A stretch of 62,240 nt of DNA, taken from positions 1 to 62,240 of the IMG/VR virus record IMGVR_UViG_3300025120_000045; one strand, 5' to 3'. The DNA is from a virus (lineage: Duplodnaviria > Caudoviricetes). A program made the translations under genes and the position numbers. Shown one piece after another: positions 1 to 8,656 of the stretch. Position 1 is the stretch's first letter, and every line of letters begins with the position of its first letter. The notes below the pieces were generated by a model. The model was not told the origin of the DNA. It did not search any database and worked only from the letters and a program-made list of their open reading frames with translations.

Positions 1-1
1 C

Positions 2-136
2 GCTGTCACATATATGACAGATCATGTTTTAGGTAAGTCAGTTGACGCTAGAATGTCCTCATCCTGGTATGGGGCCAACTCAAGAGTGAAGGATAAAGCA
101 CTCAAGAAGGTCGTTGCATACGCAGATGCAGCCTAA
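2..136 (+). CDS. 3' end of probable DUF932-family protein (truncated by window edge)
   Basis: Frame 2 reads AVTYMTDHVLGKSVDARMSSSWYGANSRVKDKALKKVVAYADAA*, resembling the phage DUF932 C-terminus; a terminator follows. Confidence 0.55.
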   Translation, partial: AVTYMTDHVLGKSVDARMSSSWYGANSRVKDKALKKVVAYADAA

Positions 137-630
137 GGCTTTAATGGGATCCCTTCGGGGATCCTATTTTTCTTACTACAATTTTCAGATAAAGTTAACA
201 GTTGCAAGTTCCAAGGAACATGTAATCCTGTACAAGTCTTTCCATTGATAGGATAGATATGATCTACAGATAAGTTTAATTCTTTAGCTTTCTTATACAA
301 ATTAGATATCTCTTTTTTCATTTCTTTAGTTAACCATTTAGGAGTAGCTTTAGCTAGTGTTGCTCTTCTTAATGCAGTACCAGCTTTATATACTTCTGGT
401 CTTTTTTTATATGATGTAGCATTATATTTTTTTTGATTTCTTTTTCTAAAGTCAATACCACCTTCAGTATGTCTATATCTTTCATTAGACTTTAGATACT
501 CTTTCTTTTTATAATATGGTCTAGTCATCCAACATGGTTTACACATACTTTGATAACCATCTTTTCTTGTTTTATCTTTCCAATAAAAACTAAATTCTTT
601 TTCTTGTTGACATTTTGTACATTTCTTCAT
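133..630 (-). CDS. Free-standing HNH endonuclease with N-terminal Zn-finger
   Basis: N-terminal CxxC...CxxC; C-terminal VDHIYPING..GLHVPWNLQLL...NCSKKN HNH motif. Confidence 0.85.
   Translation of the reverse strand: MKKCTKCQQEKEFSFYWKDKTRKDGYQSMCKPCWMTRPYYKKKEYLKSNERYRHTEGGIDFRKRNQKKYNATSYKKRPEVYKAGTALRRATLAKATPKWLTKEMKKEISNLYKKAKELNLSVDHIYPINGKTCTGLHVPWNLQLLTLSENCSKKNRIPEGIPLKP
146..172 (+). terminator. Intrinsic terminator with UUCG tetraloop
   Basis: GGGATCCC-TTCG-GGGATCCT followed by ATTTTT, just after the stop at 136. Confidence 0.8.
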
Positions 631-670
631 ATAATTATTTATGGTGGAATGCTCTATTTTTGATTAAAAA

Positions 671-678
671 TATAAATA
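671..678 (+). promoter_or_regulatory. T4-type late promoter
   Basis: TATAAATA about 20 nt upstream of ATG 698. Confidence 0.6.
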
Positions 679-697
679 TAATCGAGAGTTAATAACT

Positions 698-907
698 ATG
701 AAAGATGATATAGTAGCATTATTAAAAAAAAGAATAAGAGAATTTAAAAAGAACCATCCTGAACTGTATGAGACTGAGAGCAATGACGGAAATAAAAACG
801 GACATAAAAAAGATACTAGAGAAAGCCGGAGTAGACAAACCTCTGAAGCACTACAAAAGAGACGAGACAATTGGAGATCACAAGTATCCAAAACACAGGA
901 TAAATAG
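698..907 (+). CDS. Hypothetical protein
   Basis: ORF after a late promoter with a GAGAG RBS-like sequence; overlaps 768..1019. Confidence 0.45.
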   Translation: MKDDIVALLKKRIREFKKNHPELYETESNDGNKNGHKKDTRESRSRQTSEALQKRRDNWRSQVSKTQDK

Positions 908-1019
908 TGACTACAAATCTCCTGTAGTAGCATGGTCAAGCACTGTTGTTAAAGAACTTAATAAACAAACAGATAGAATGGAAGACCAGATAACTCTAAA
1001 GGATAAAAACGAAAAATAA
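768..1019 (+). CDS. Hypothetical protein
   Basis: 83-aa ORF with protein-like composition; overlaps the previous ORF in another frame. Confidence 0.45.
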   Translation: MRLRAMTEIKTDIKKILEKAGVDKPLKHYKRDETIGDHKYPKHRINSDYKSPVVAWSSTVVKELNKQTDRMEDQITLKDKNEK

Positions 1020-1188
1020 CATTCTAAAATAAAATATCTATTATTAACGAAATTAATCGATTTCTTAACGAGTTGTTCATCTTGTATTCAGCATTGGTAT
1101 GGTATAGTAACTAAATAAAGATGAGGATCGCGGATCAAACGATCAACCGACTCGTTTTAATGTTAACATTAACTACAAGGAGCATAAA

Positions 1189-1266
1189 ATGGCTTGGCAA
1201 AAACCAACAATTACAGAAATTTCTGTAGGTTTAGAAATTAACTCTTACGCTTGCGCTGAGAAGTAA
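1189..1266 (+). CDS. pqqA: PqqA, pyrroloquinoline quinone precursor peptide (25 aa)
   Basis: Translated by hand: MAWQKPTITEISVGLEINSYACAEK*. It has the N-terminal WxxP and the conserved G-L-E-x-x-x-Y core of PqqA; RBS AAGGAG at 1177-1182. Not in the ORF track. Confidence 0.9.
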   Translation: MAWQKPTITEISVGLEINSYACAEK

Positions 1267-1280
1267 TTTCGTCCACGATT

Positions 1281-1300
1281 AGCCCTCAACCGAGGGCTTT
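1281..1300 (+). terminator. Hairpin / probable terminator after pqqA
   Basis: AGCCCTC-AACC-GAGGGCT followed by TT; the U-tract is short. Confidence 0.6.
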
Positions 1301-1315
1301 ATCATAAATACATGT

Positions 1316-1720
1316 ATGGCATACAGTAAAGAACTTCTTGATCATTACGAGAACCCAAGAAATGTTGGATCCATGGACAAAAAGAACCCAAATGTGGGAA
1401 CTGGTCTAGTTGGTGCACCTGCATGTGGGGATGTAATGAAACTTCAAATAGAAGTTGATCCAGACACCAATGTAATAACAGATGCAAAGTTTAAAACCTT
1501 TGGATGTGGAAGTGCGATTGCAAGCTCTAGTCTCATTACAGAAATGGTCAAAGATAAAAACATTGATGATGCCGCTAAGATTGAAAACACTACAATAGCT
1601 AAGTCCTTAGCATTGCCACCAGTAAAAATACATTGCTCTGTTCTAGCAGAGGATGCTATTAAAGCTGCAGTAGAAGACTACAAAGTAAAATGTGGTTGTA
1701 AATCAACTGTTGCCAAATAG
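1316..1720 (+). CDS. iscU: Fe-S cluster scaffold IscU
   Basis: DHYENPRNVG, GAPACGDVM, FGCGSAIASSS and LPPVKIHC motifs; CATAAATA late-promoter variant at 1303-1310. Confidence 0.97.
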   Translation: MAYSKELLDHYENPRNVGSMDKKNPNVGTGLVGAPACGDVMKLQIEVDPDTNVITDAKFKTFGCGSAIASSSLITEMVKDKNIDDAAKIENTTIAKSLALPPVKIHCSVLAEDAIKAAVEDYKVKCGCKSTVAK

Positions 1721-1738
1721 CTTAATTTCAAGTATAAT
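1710..1738 (+). promoter_or_regulatory. Sigma70-type promoter
   Basis: TTGCCA-N17-TATAAT upstream of 1783. Confidence 0.65.
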
Positions 1739-1782
1739 GAATAATAAATAATATTACGACTTTTTAACAAAAGGAGGAACTT

Positions 1783-2394
1783 ATGAGAATTAAGATACCG
1801 AATTGGTTTTGGGCAATAATACTATCGTATATGGTTTATACATTAGCCTCAATAGTAGATAGAGCACCAGACATAGAAAGAGATAAACCATTATTATTTT
1901 CTGAAATAGATGATGTAAGATCCAATATTAATGTGTTTAAACAAAAACATTTAGTTGATGATGAGAGTTTGACTTGTCTAGCAAAGAATGTATATTTTGA
2001 AGCTAGAAATCAATCCATTGTTTCTCAACTAGCTGTAAGTGAAGTAGTAATGAATAGAGTGCAAGATGAGAACTTTCCAAATACTGTTTGTGGAGTAATC
2101 TATGAAGCTCAACACAGTACATGGTACAAAGAGAAAATGAATAAAGTTGTACCAATAAAAAACAGATGCCAATTTAGTTGGTACTGTGATGGAAAGCCAG
2201 ATGAGATAAATGATCAGATGGCTTGGAAAATTGCAAAAACTGTTGCCCGACAAGTATTAACTGGGTATAATGAGAATCTCACTAATGGAGCTTTATGGTA
2301 TCATGCATACTATGTTAATCCAAAGTGGGCACAAGAAAAAACAAAAACAGTAGAACACGAAGACCATATATTTTATAGAACAACAATATATTAA
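1783..2394 (+). CDS. Cell wall hydrolase, SleB/Hydrolase_2 family, with N-terminal membrane anchor
   Basis: CLAKNVYFEARNQ, VMNRV..FPNTVCGV, CQFSWYCDG, YHAYYVNPKW, HIFY motifs. Confidence 0.9.
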   Translation: MRIKIPNWFWAIILSYMVYTLASIVDRAPDIERDKPLLFSEIDDVRSNINVFKQKHLVDDESLTCLAKNVYFEARNQSIVSQLAVSEVVMNRVQDENFPNTVCGVIYEAQHSTWYKEKMNKVVPIKNRCQFSWYCDGKPDEINDQMAWKIAKTVARQVLTGYNENLTNGALWYHAYYVNPKWAQEKTKTVEHEDHIFYRTTIY

Positions 2395-2405
2395 AAGGAG
2401 ATTAT

Positions 2406-2753
2406 ATGAAAGCCGGTAAGGTGTGGGGCGAAACGAAAGCTCTGCTGCAGAACCCTGTGGTAGAGTTTCACAGAATTGAAGTTGTTAAAGGTGGAGAATG
2501 TAGTACACATAAACATAGTTATAAATGGAATGGATTCTTCATTGAAAAAGGTGAAATGGAAATACAAGTTTTTAAAAATGATTACGACCTAGTGGATAAA
2601 ACAACATTACATAAAGGAGACTTTATGGCTGTTAAACCTGGTGAGTATCATTTGTTTAGAGCAATTACAGATTGTATTGCTTTTGAAATTTATTGGCCTG
2701 AAATGCTATCCGAGGATATACAAAGGAAAAGCGTGGGCAAAGTAAATGATTAA
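2406..2753 (+). CDS. Cupin-domain protein
   Basis: HxH (CSTHKH) and VKPGEYHLF cupin motifs. Confidence 0.75.
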   Translation: MKAGKVWGETKALLQNPVVEFHRIEVVKGGECSTHKHSYKWNGFFIEKGEMEIQVFKNDYDLVDKTTLHKGDFMAVKPGEYHLFRAITDCIAFEIYWPEMLSEDIQRKSVGKVND

Positions 2754-2961
2754 TGTTATGACAACTTCAAAGTTTAGTAAGATAATTACTGAACAAGTTG
2801 AAGAAAAAGAAATTTCCTATATGGATGCCATAATGGATTACTGTTATAAAAATAATATAGAAGTTGAAAGTGCTGCTAAACTAATAAATCAAAAGATAAA
2901 AAAGATTTTAAAAGAAGAAGCAATTAAACTAAATTATATGAAAAATGAAGAACATCTATGA
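2746..2961 (+). CDS. gp33: Late-transcription coactivator gp33
   Basis: YMDAIMDYC..NNIEVE..AKLI...K..L..EA..LN; sits before gp59. Confidence 0.85.
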   Translation: MINVMTTSKFSKIITEQVEEKEISYMDAIMDYCYKNNIEVESAAKLINQKIKKILKEEAIKLNYMKNEEHL

Positions 2962-3553
2962 AGGCTTTGATGCTTATAAAGTTTACTTAGCTGTACGTAA
3001 TCATTTTACTACTACATACGATTACTTTAAGTATAGTGGTAAAGTAAATGTGAAAGAAGAAAGTTTTTTAAAACGTAGAGACAAGTTTTTCTTTAGTAAG
3101 TTAGAGCGTAAGTATAACAAACAACAATTGAGAGATTTATTTGTTAGCAACTTTGCTGATGGAGAAGACTTTTGGATTGGTAATGTGCTGACATTGAAGT
3201 CAGAAAAAGTATATATTGAATGGAAGAAGAGACAAGATAGTTTGTCATATATCTTAGAAAATGATTTTAAATTTTTAAAAGATTATTATGATGAAAGAAA
3301 TATTGACTTTAATAGTTTATTTGTAATGGAAGACGGCCATCCTATACTATTAAAATGTATATTAAGAAATGACATATATGTAGAAACTATGATAATAATA
3401 GATAGAGTTTTGAATTATTCTAGGAAATGGAGTAAGGTTTTAGACGATCCAGTATGGACAGAGTTTAAAAAGAGAATGGATAAGTATAGTCCATTTGTAG
3501 TGTTTAACGATAAAAAAGGAAAAGAAATTTTAAGAAAGGTATTTGTAAAATGA
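2945..3553 (+). CDS. gp59: Helicase loader gp59
   Basis: YKVYLA..NHF...YDYFKY.GKV......F.KRRDKFFF signature. Confidence 0.9.
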   Translation: MKNIYEGFDAYKVYLAVRNHFTTTYDYFKYSGKVNVKEESFLKRRDKFFFSKLERKYNKQQLRDLFVSNFADGEDFWIGNVLTLKSEKVYIEWKKRQDSLSYILENDFKFLKDYYDERNIDFNSLFVMEDGHPILLKCILRNDIYVETMIIIDRVLNYSRKWSKVLDDPVWTEFKKRMDKYSPFVVFNDKKGKEILRKVFVK

Positions 3554-4095
3554 TAAAAAAAGGTAACACAGTTCCCTATACAGCTTTTCATATAAGAGAA
3601 AGAGATGAATCTATTGGAGGAGATAATCCTTATAAGTGGGTAAGAAAAAGTAGTCTTGATATTTTTGAAAAAGGAAAATATATTTTATTTTCACTTCCTG
3701 GTGCTTTCACACCAACGTGTTCAACATATCAACTACCAGATTTTAATAAGTTATATTTGGAGTTTAAAGAGTTTGGAATAGATGAGATTTATTGTATATC
3801 TGTTAATGATTCTTTTGTAATGAATGCTTGGGCAAAGCACCACGACATTGGTAAAGTAAAAGTACTTCCAGATGGTAATGGAGAGTTCACAGATTCAGTT
3901 AACATGATAGTTGAAAAACAAAATCTTGGCTTTGGTAAAAGGTCATGGAGATATGCAGCTATAATAAAAGATGGTACATTTGATGAAGTGTTTGTTGAAC
4001 CTGGTATGGAAGATAATCATGGACAGGATCCATATGAAGTTTCATCACCACAAAATATATTAAAATATTTAAAAGGAGAAAGTTATGAATCTTGA
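3550..4095 (+). CDS. Peroxiredoxin (Prx5/redoxin type)
   Basis: FSLPGAFTPTCS peroxidatic motif, SVND.FVMNAW, LPDGNGEF, RSWRY. Confidence 0.92.
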   Translation: MIKKGNTVPYTAFHIRERDESIGGDNPYKWVRKSSLDIFEKGKYILFSLPGAFTPTCSTYQLPDFNKLYLEFKEFGIDEIYCISVNDSFVMNAWAKHHDIGKVKVLPDGNGEFTDSVNMIVEKQNLGFGKRSWRYAAIIKDGTFDEVFVEPGMEDNHGQDPYEVSSPQNILKYLKGESYES

Positions 4096-4222
4096 GTTAG
4101 AAAAATTTGTTGGAGAGTTACAACAACTCAGAGCAAAAGTTAAAAAACAAAAAAGAGTTATAGATGAATTAAATAATTCTGTCAATGAAGAAAAAAGATT
4201 GTTGACCGAAGATAAAAAATAA
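4085..4222 (+). CDS. Small coiled-coil hypothetical protein (45 aa)
   Basis: MNLELEKFVGELQQLRAKVKKQKRVIDELNNSVNEEKRLLTEDKK*, preceded by an AGGAG RBS. Confidence 0.6.
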   Translation: MNLELEKFVGELQQLRAKVKKQKRVIDELNNSVNEEKRLLTEDKK

Positions 4223-4236
4223 TATATAATAAATAA
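4202..4236 (+). promoter_or_regulatory. Sigma70 promoter plus late-promoter variant upstream of gp32
   Basis: TTGACC-N17-TATAAT (4202-4230) overlapping AATAAATA. Confidence 0.6.
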
Positions 4237-4291
4237 TATTATATTATGATTAAGTGGATAAAACTAATACATTGCAATACAAGGAGATACT

Positions 4292-5188
4292 ATGTCGCAA
4301 TCATTTGCTGAGCTTAAACGCTCTTCACAGTCCAGTCTGGACAAACTACTACAAGAAACAAATAAGTTAACATCTAATAGCGAGAACTCTAATAGGGATG
4401 ATAATCGTTTTTGGAAACCAGAGGTAGATAAAACTGGTAATGGCTATGCTGTTATTAGATTCTTACCTGCTCCTAAAGGAGAGGACATTCCTTGGGTTCG
4501 TATCTTTAACCATGGCTTTCAAGGTCCTGGTGGATGGTATATTGAGAACTCTCTAACTACTATGAATCAAAAAGATCCTGTTTCTGAATATAACTCTATG
4601 TTATGGAACAGAGGAGATGATGCTGGTAAAGATCAAGCTAGAAAGCAAAAGCGTAGATTACTTTATATTAGTAATATCTATGTTGTTAATGATCCAGCTC
4701 ATCCTGAGAATAATGGTCAAGTAAAGTTATTCCGTTATGGTAAAAAAATATTTGATAAACTTAACGAAGCTATGAATCCTCAATTTGAAGATGAGAAACC
4801 TATGAACCCTTTTCACTTTTGGGATGGTGCTAACTTCAAGATGAAAATAAGAAATCTTGAAGGATATAGAAACTATGATAAGAGTGAGTTTGATACTCCT
4901 AAAGCTGTACTTGAAGATGACGATAAGTTAGAACAAGTATGGGCTAGTCAGTATTCATTACAAGAGTTTATTGAGCCAAATAACTTTAAAACTTATGATG
5001 AGTTGAAAGCTAAGTTAGATAAGACTTTGGGATTATCTGGAATGGCTAATACAACTACAGCTGAACAAACTGAGTTGACTACTCCTCCAAAACCTAAGTC
5101 TGTAACTCCAGCACAAGCACCAATGATGCCTGTTCCTGATTCTGATACAGATGAAATGGATATGTTTAAGAAGTTAATCGACGATTAG
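4292..5188 (+). CDS. gp32: Single-stranded DNA-binding protein gp32
   Basis: DNRFWK..DK.GNGYAVIRFLP, HGFQGPGGWYIENS, GANFK.KIR, YDKSEF; acidic tail. Confidence 0.97.
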   Translation: MSQSFAELKRSSQSSLDKLLQETNKLTSNSENSNRDDNRFWKPEVDKTGNGYAVIRFLPAPKGEDIPWVRIFNHGFQGPGGWYIENSLTTMNQKDPVSEYNSMLWNRGDDAGKDQARKQKRRLLYISNIYVVNDPAHPENNGQVKLFRYGKKIFDKLNEAMNPQFEDEKPMNPFHFWDGANFKMKIRNLEGYRNYDKSEFDTPKAVLEDDDKLEQVWASQYSLQEFIEPNNFKTYDELKAKLDKTLGLSGMANTTTAEQTELTTPPKPKSVTPAQAPMMPVPDSDTDEMDMFKKLIDD

Positions 5189-6900
5189 ATATTGGCAGCG
5201 TAGGAAGTGTTTCTTGCTAACGACTCTTCAGAGTTAGATGCAGAATCGCTTCCTCCTCCATAATTGTGAGTGGTGGAATTATTGAAACTTCTATTATCAT
5301 TAGAAGTCTGACTATTATCATTTCCTCCAGAGCTAGAGCCTCCCACGATTATAGGTGGAGGACCTCCTTCTGCTAATGATCCTGTTGGTTGTACTTTCTT
5401 ATCAGCGATAGATTCAATTTTACCTTCTTTCATAGTCATATCAAATGTTCCAGGAGCATTAGGATCCATACCAGCCATTGTTTTAGCAGTATCAATATTA
5501 AATTCGTCTTGACCCCTTTTTCTTGATGTTGTACCTAACACATCATCAGCTAAATCTTGAGAAAAATCTGCAGATTCTTTATCTGCAACAAGGTCTCTTG
5601 CTGATCCAATTTTACTCATAGCAAAAGATTTTTCTTTTTCTGTTAATTTTGTCCCTACAGCTTGTTCATATTCATCTATATTTGTAATTTTTCCTGCTGC
5701 TATTTGTGTTCCAATATCCTTACCAGCAGATTGTTCTTTTAATGCTAAACTCTCCTGTGCTGCTTTACTCATCTTATCTTCGGCAGCAAGTTTTTGTTTT
5801 TCAGCTCTTGATTTTGCTTTTGCAAATTGTGGATCAAAACCTTTCATGCCACCATCTTTCATTAAAACATCTTCTCTAGCTTGAATATTTGCTAATTTTT
5901 TATCAGCATCATCTATATCACTTTGTGCTTCACTTTGAACCTTTTCTCTTTTTTCAATTTCAGTATCACTATCTTTGCCAAATAATTTGTCTGCTAAAAA
6001 ATCACCTCCTGGTATAGCTCGTAAAAAATTCTGTGCAATCTTTTTAATAAATCCAGGAATAGCTTTGAAAAAATCTACTATACCTCCAAATACATTTTCA
6101 ATTAATTCATTGAAACTAAAATCTTTCATAGCTTCTGCTACTTGATCAAAACCCAATTTCTCTGCAACAAACGCTAATATGTTTTTTAAAAAATCTAATG
6201 GCATACCTATCAATCCTCCAAGCACACTACCTATTGCTGTGAGTATTCCATCTATAAAACCTCCATCTTGATAGCCTTTTATAAATCCTTGAACAGCATC
6301 TATAATACCATATACAACAGTAATAGGTATAAATAATTTACCAAGTGCATTACCTATAGGTTTTAAAAAACTAAATAATTTTCCTACCTTTGTAGTAATT
6401 TGTCCCAACCTTGAAATAAATCCAAACACTGGACCACCCTTACCCAGACCAGCCATCAACTTCATTTGTTGAAACTTAGCAGTCAAATTTACAAAACCCA
6501 ATGTAAATATTTTTAAAACAGTACTCAGTCCTTTTATTATACTAGGAAATTTTAAAGTATTAACTACACCTTGGATTTTATCCTTAAACATTACAAGAAC
6601 ACCAGCTAGTAATCCTATACCTGCAATTGCTAAAGGATTGAACCCTGAATCTACTTTCGCTCCTTCTGCATCAACTTCAACTTTTCCTCTAGCTGCTTCA
6701 GTTTCATTCTCAAGTTGAGAATCGATATTTGCTTCCATAGATTTTTGAACAAAATCACTAATATTTTGTACCAATGAAATCAATGGTGTTAATGCTGCAA
6801 TAAAAACATCTTGAAGTGCTTTTATAGAATCAGATTTTAAAGTAAAATCTCCTTCTAAACTTTTTATCGTATCTCCGTTTGATATTGTTGCGGGTAACAT
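5185..6900 (-). CDS. Probable tape-measure / baseplate hub protein (gp29-like)
   Basis: Gly-rich amphipathic and hydrophobic helices; lies downstream of gp26-gp51. Confidence 0.5.
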   Translation of the reverse strand: MLPATISNGDTIKSLEGDFTLKSDSIKALQDVFIAALTPLISLVQNISDFVQKSMEANIDSQLENETEAARGKVEVDAEGAKVDSGFNPLAIAGIGLLAGVLVMFKDKIQGVVNTLKFPSIIKGLSTVLKIFTLGFVNLTAKFQQMKLMAGLGKGGPVFGFISRLGQITTKVGKLFSFLKPIGNALGKLFIPITVVYGIIDAVQGFIKGYQDGGFIDGILTAIGSVLGGLIGMPLDFLKNILAFVAEKLGFDQVAEAMKDFSFNELIENVFGGIVDFFKAIPGFIKKIAQNFLRAIPGGDFLADKLFGKDSDTEIEKREKVQSEAQSDIDDADKKLANIQAREDVLMKDGGMKGFDPQFAKAKSRAEKQKLAAEDKMSKAAQESLALKEQSAGKDIGTQIAAGKITNIDEYEQAVGTKLTEKEKSFAMSKIGSARDLVADKESADFSQDLADDVLGTTSRKRGQDEFNIDTAKTMAGMDPNAPGTFDMTMKEGKIESIADKKVQPTGSLAEGGPPPIIVGGSSSGGNDNSQTSNDNRSFNNSTTHNYGGGSDSASNSEESLARNTSYAANI

Positions 6901-7097
6901 TATCTTGTTTTCCTATTCATTCGTTCGTTTTCTTGTCGTACTCTTTCATTTTCTTTTTCAATCCAGTCCATAAGCATTTGAACATATATGGCTCTTTCAA
7001 AAGGTATCATACTTTCTAACTCATTCAATGAGTATTTATGATGTTGCATCAAGGCAAAGTTTGTCGAATAGTAATTATGCAACGAGTTATGCGACAA
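6900..7097 (-). CDS. gp51: Baseplate hub assembly catalyst (gp51-like)
   Basis: NYY.TNFALMQHHKYSL.ELE.MIPFER.IYV signature. Confidence 0.8.
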   Translation of the reverse strand: MSHNSLHNYYSTNFALMQHHKYSLNELESMIPFERAIYVQMLMDWIEKENERVRQENERMNRKTR

Positions 7098-7099
7098 AC

Positions 7100-7813
7100 T
7101 TATGAAAAAAAATCCATAAGGCCCTTTAGTTGATGTTCAACATCCTTTCCACACTTAGAGCATTTATACTTTACTTCATGTACAATTTTTGGAGAGTTAT
7201 CAAAAAAGTTAACTACTTTTGTAAATTGTTTTTGATCCAATCCCTCTAAAAACTCTGATAATTCGTTTGGAGTAAAATCATTATATACTTGATCTTTATC
7301 GTATACATTTACTATACATTTTTCTAAAATATCAAACATATCTTTCAATGATGGTTGTGCAAAATCTGTTCCAGATGTTTTAATCATATTGAGTGAAGGA
7401 GCCTTCATTGTTATTCCTACATTACCATCTATATCAATAACATTAGAATAATTTTCTGGTTTTGATACAGCTATATCTTCTATGTTAATATCAACATCTG
7501 TTTCACCATTACATTCTGGATCTTGATAATGTTTTAATTTGAGTTCAATTATTTCACCAACACTCTTTGCTCTAAGTTGTAAAAATAACCACTCAACATC
7601 ATACGTTGGTAATTCCATCACTTTTAATGGTGTCAGTACACAAGATTCTAAAATTTTAAAAACTGCATTTTGAATCTCTTGTTGATCTTTACCTTGCTGT
7701 GCCATAAGAAGTATCTTTTCTTCTTTGACTAAAAAAGGTCTAAATGCTATTGTTTGATCAGTTGAAGGAAGTTTTGTATAAAACTCCGGTGTAGTAAGTT
7801 TGGGTAATGCCAT
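7100..7813 (-). CDS. gp26: Baseplate hub subunit gp26
   Basis: MALPKL..P....LPS, RPFLVKEEKILLMA, LRAKSVGE, C-terminal CxxC and GL.DFF. Confidence 0.9.
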   Translation of the reverse strand: MALPKLTTPEFYTKLPSTDQTIAFRPFLVKEEKILLMAQQGKDQQEIQNAVFKILESCVLTPLKVMELPTYDVEWLFLQLRAKSVGEIIELKLKHYQDPECNGETDVDINIEDIAVSKPENYSNVIDIDGNVGITMKAPSLNMIKTSGTDFAQPSLKDMFDILEKCIVNVYDKDQVYNDFTPNELSEFLEGLDQKQFTKVVNFFDNSPKIVHEVKYKCSKCGKDVEHQLKGLMDFFS

Positions 7814-7825
7814 TATATACTCCTA

Positions 7826-8656
7826 TTATGAAAATAATCTTGCTGCTGCAAATGCTGCCCCTGTTAAAAATGCTTGTGTTCTTTGTGATTGACCAGCAAC
7901 TGCACGACCAGCTAGTACTGCAGCTCCTTGAGAAATTCCTGTTGATGTACCAAGATTGACTCTTGATGCAGCACTTGGAACACTAAAGTTAGCTGATGTG
8001 TTTACTATATCAATAAAATATTTATAGTCAAAAACAACATTGAGTTTGACTAATTCGTTGCTTGACCAATCCATTTGAATATCTTGGATAGTTCTTGGAT
8101 ATGCCTCTTGAAGAGTACATGCATATGTATTAATTAATGAACCATCACCTTTACCAACAACATCATAACAAAATATTGTCATTGAACAACTAAAATTCTC
8201 TAAGTAATTTAATTCCTTTACACTATGCTCTTCACTAACATCTCCTTGTGTTCTATGATGACCTATAATTAAATCCTGCCATAATTCAAAAAATATCTTT
8301 TCACTATAATCTGCTGACATTAAAAATGTTGCATCTACTGGTTGGTATACAGCATTAGTTGGATACTCTCTAACTAAACCATAGTTAGCTTCTTTAAAAG
8401 GACTTGATATTATAATTCTTCCAGGAAGAGTAACTCTTTCACATCTTAATGCTAAATGAAAGCCTCCATAATCTTCCCATGTTGGTACTTGACTAGAAAT
8501 ATCTTTTAATCTTTTAAATTGTTTACCTATTTTATTTCTAAGTTTTCCTGTACCTAGTGTATCTCCTGGAGCAGTAAATACAAGCATAAAATGTGACTCT
8601 TTAGCCACACTCTCTTTGTTTATATCGCCTCTATGAAAATCTACTGGATATGCCAT
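7826..8656 (-). CDS. Tail tube initiator (gp54-like, gp19 family)
   Basis: CERVTLPGR, FFELWQD, L.EAYP..I tube-family motifs; synteny. Confidence 0.65.
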   Translation of the reverse strand: MAYPVDFHRGDINKESVAKESHFMLVFTAPGDTLGTGKLRNKIGKQFKRLKDISSQVPTWEDYGGFHLALRCERVTLPGRIIISSPFKEANYGLVREYPTNAVYQPVDATFLMSADYSEKIFFELWQDLIIGHHRTQGDVSEEHSVKELNYLENFSCSMTIFCYDVVGKGDGSLINTYACTLQEAYPRTIQDIQMDWSSNELVKLNVVFDYKYFIDIVNTSANFSVPSAASRVNLGTSTGISQGAAVLAGRAVAGQSQRTQAFLTGAAFAAARLFS

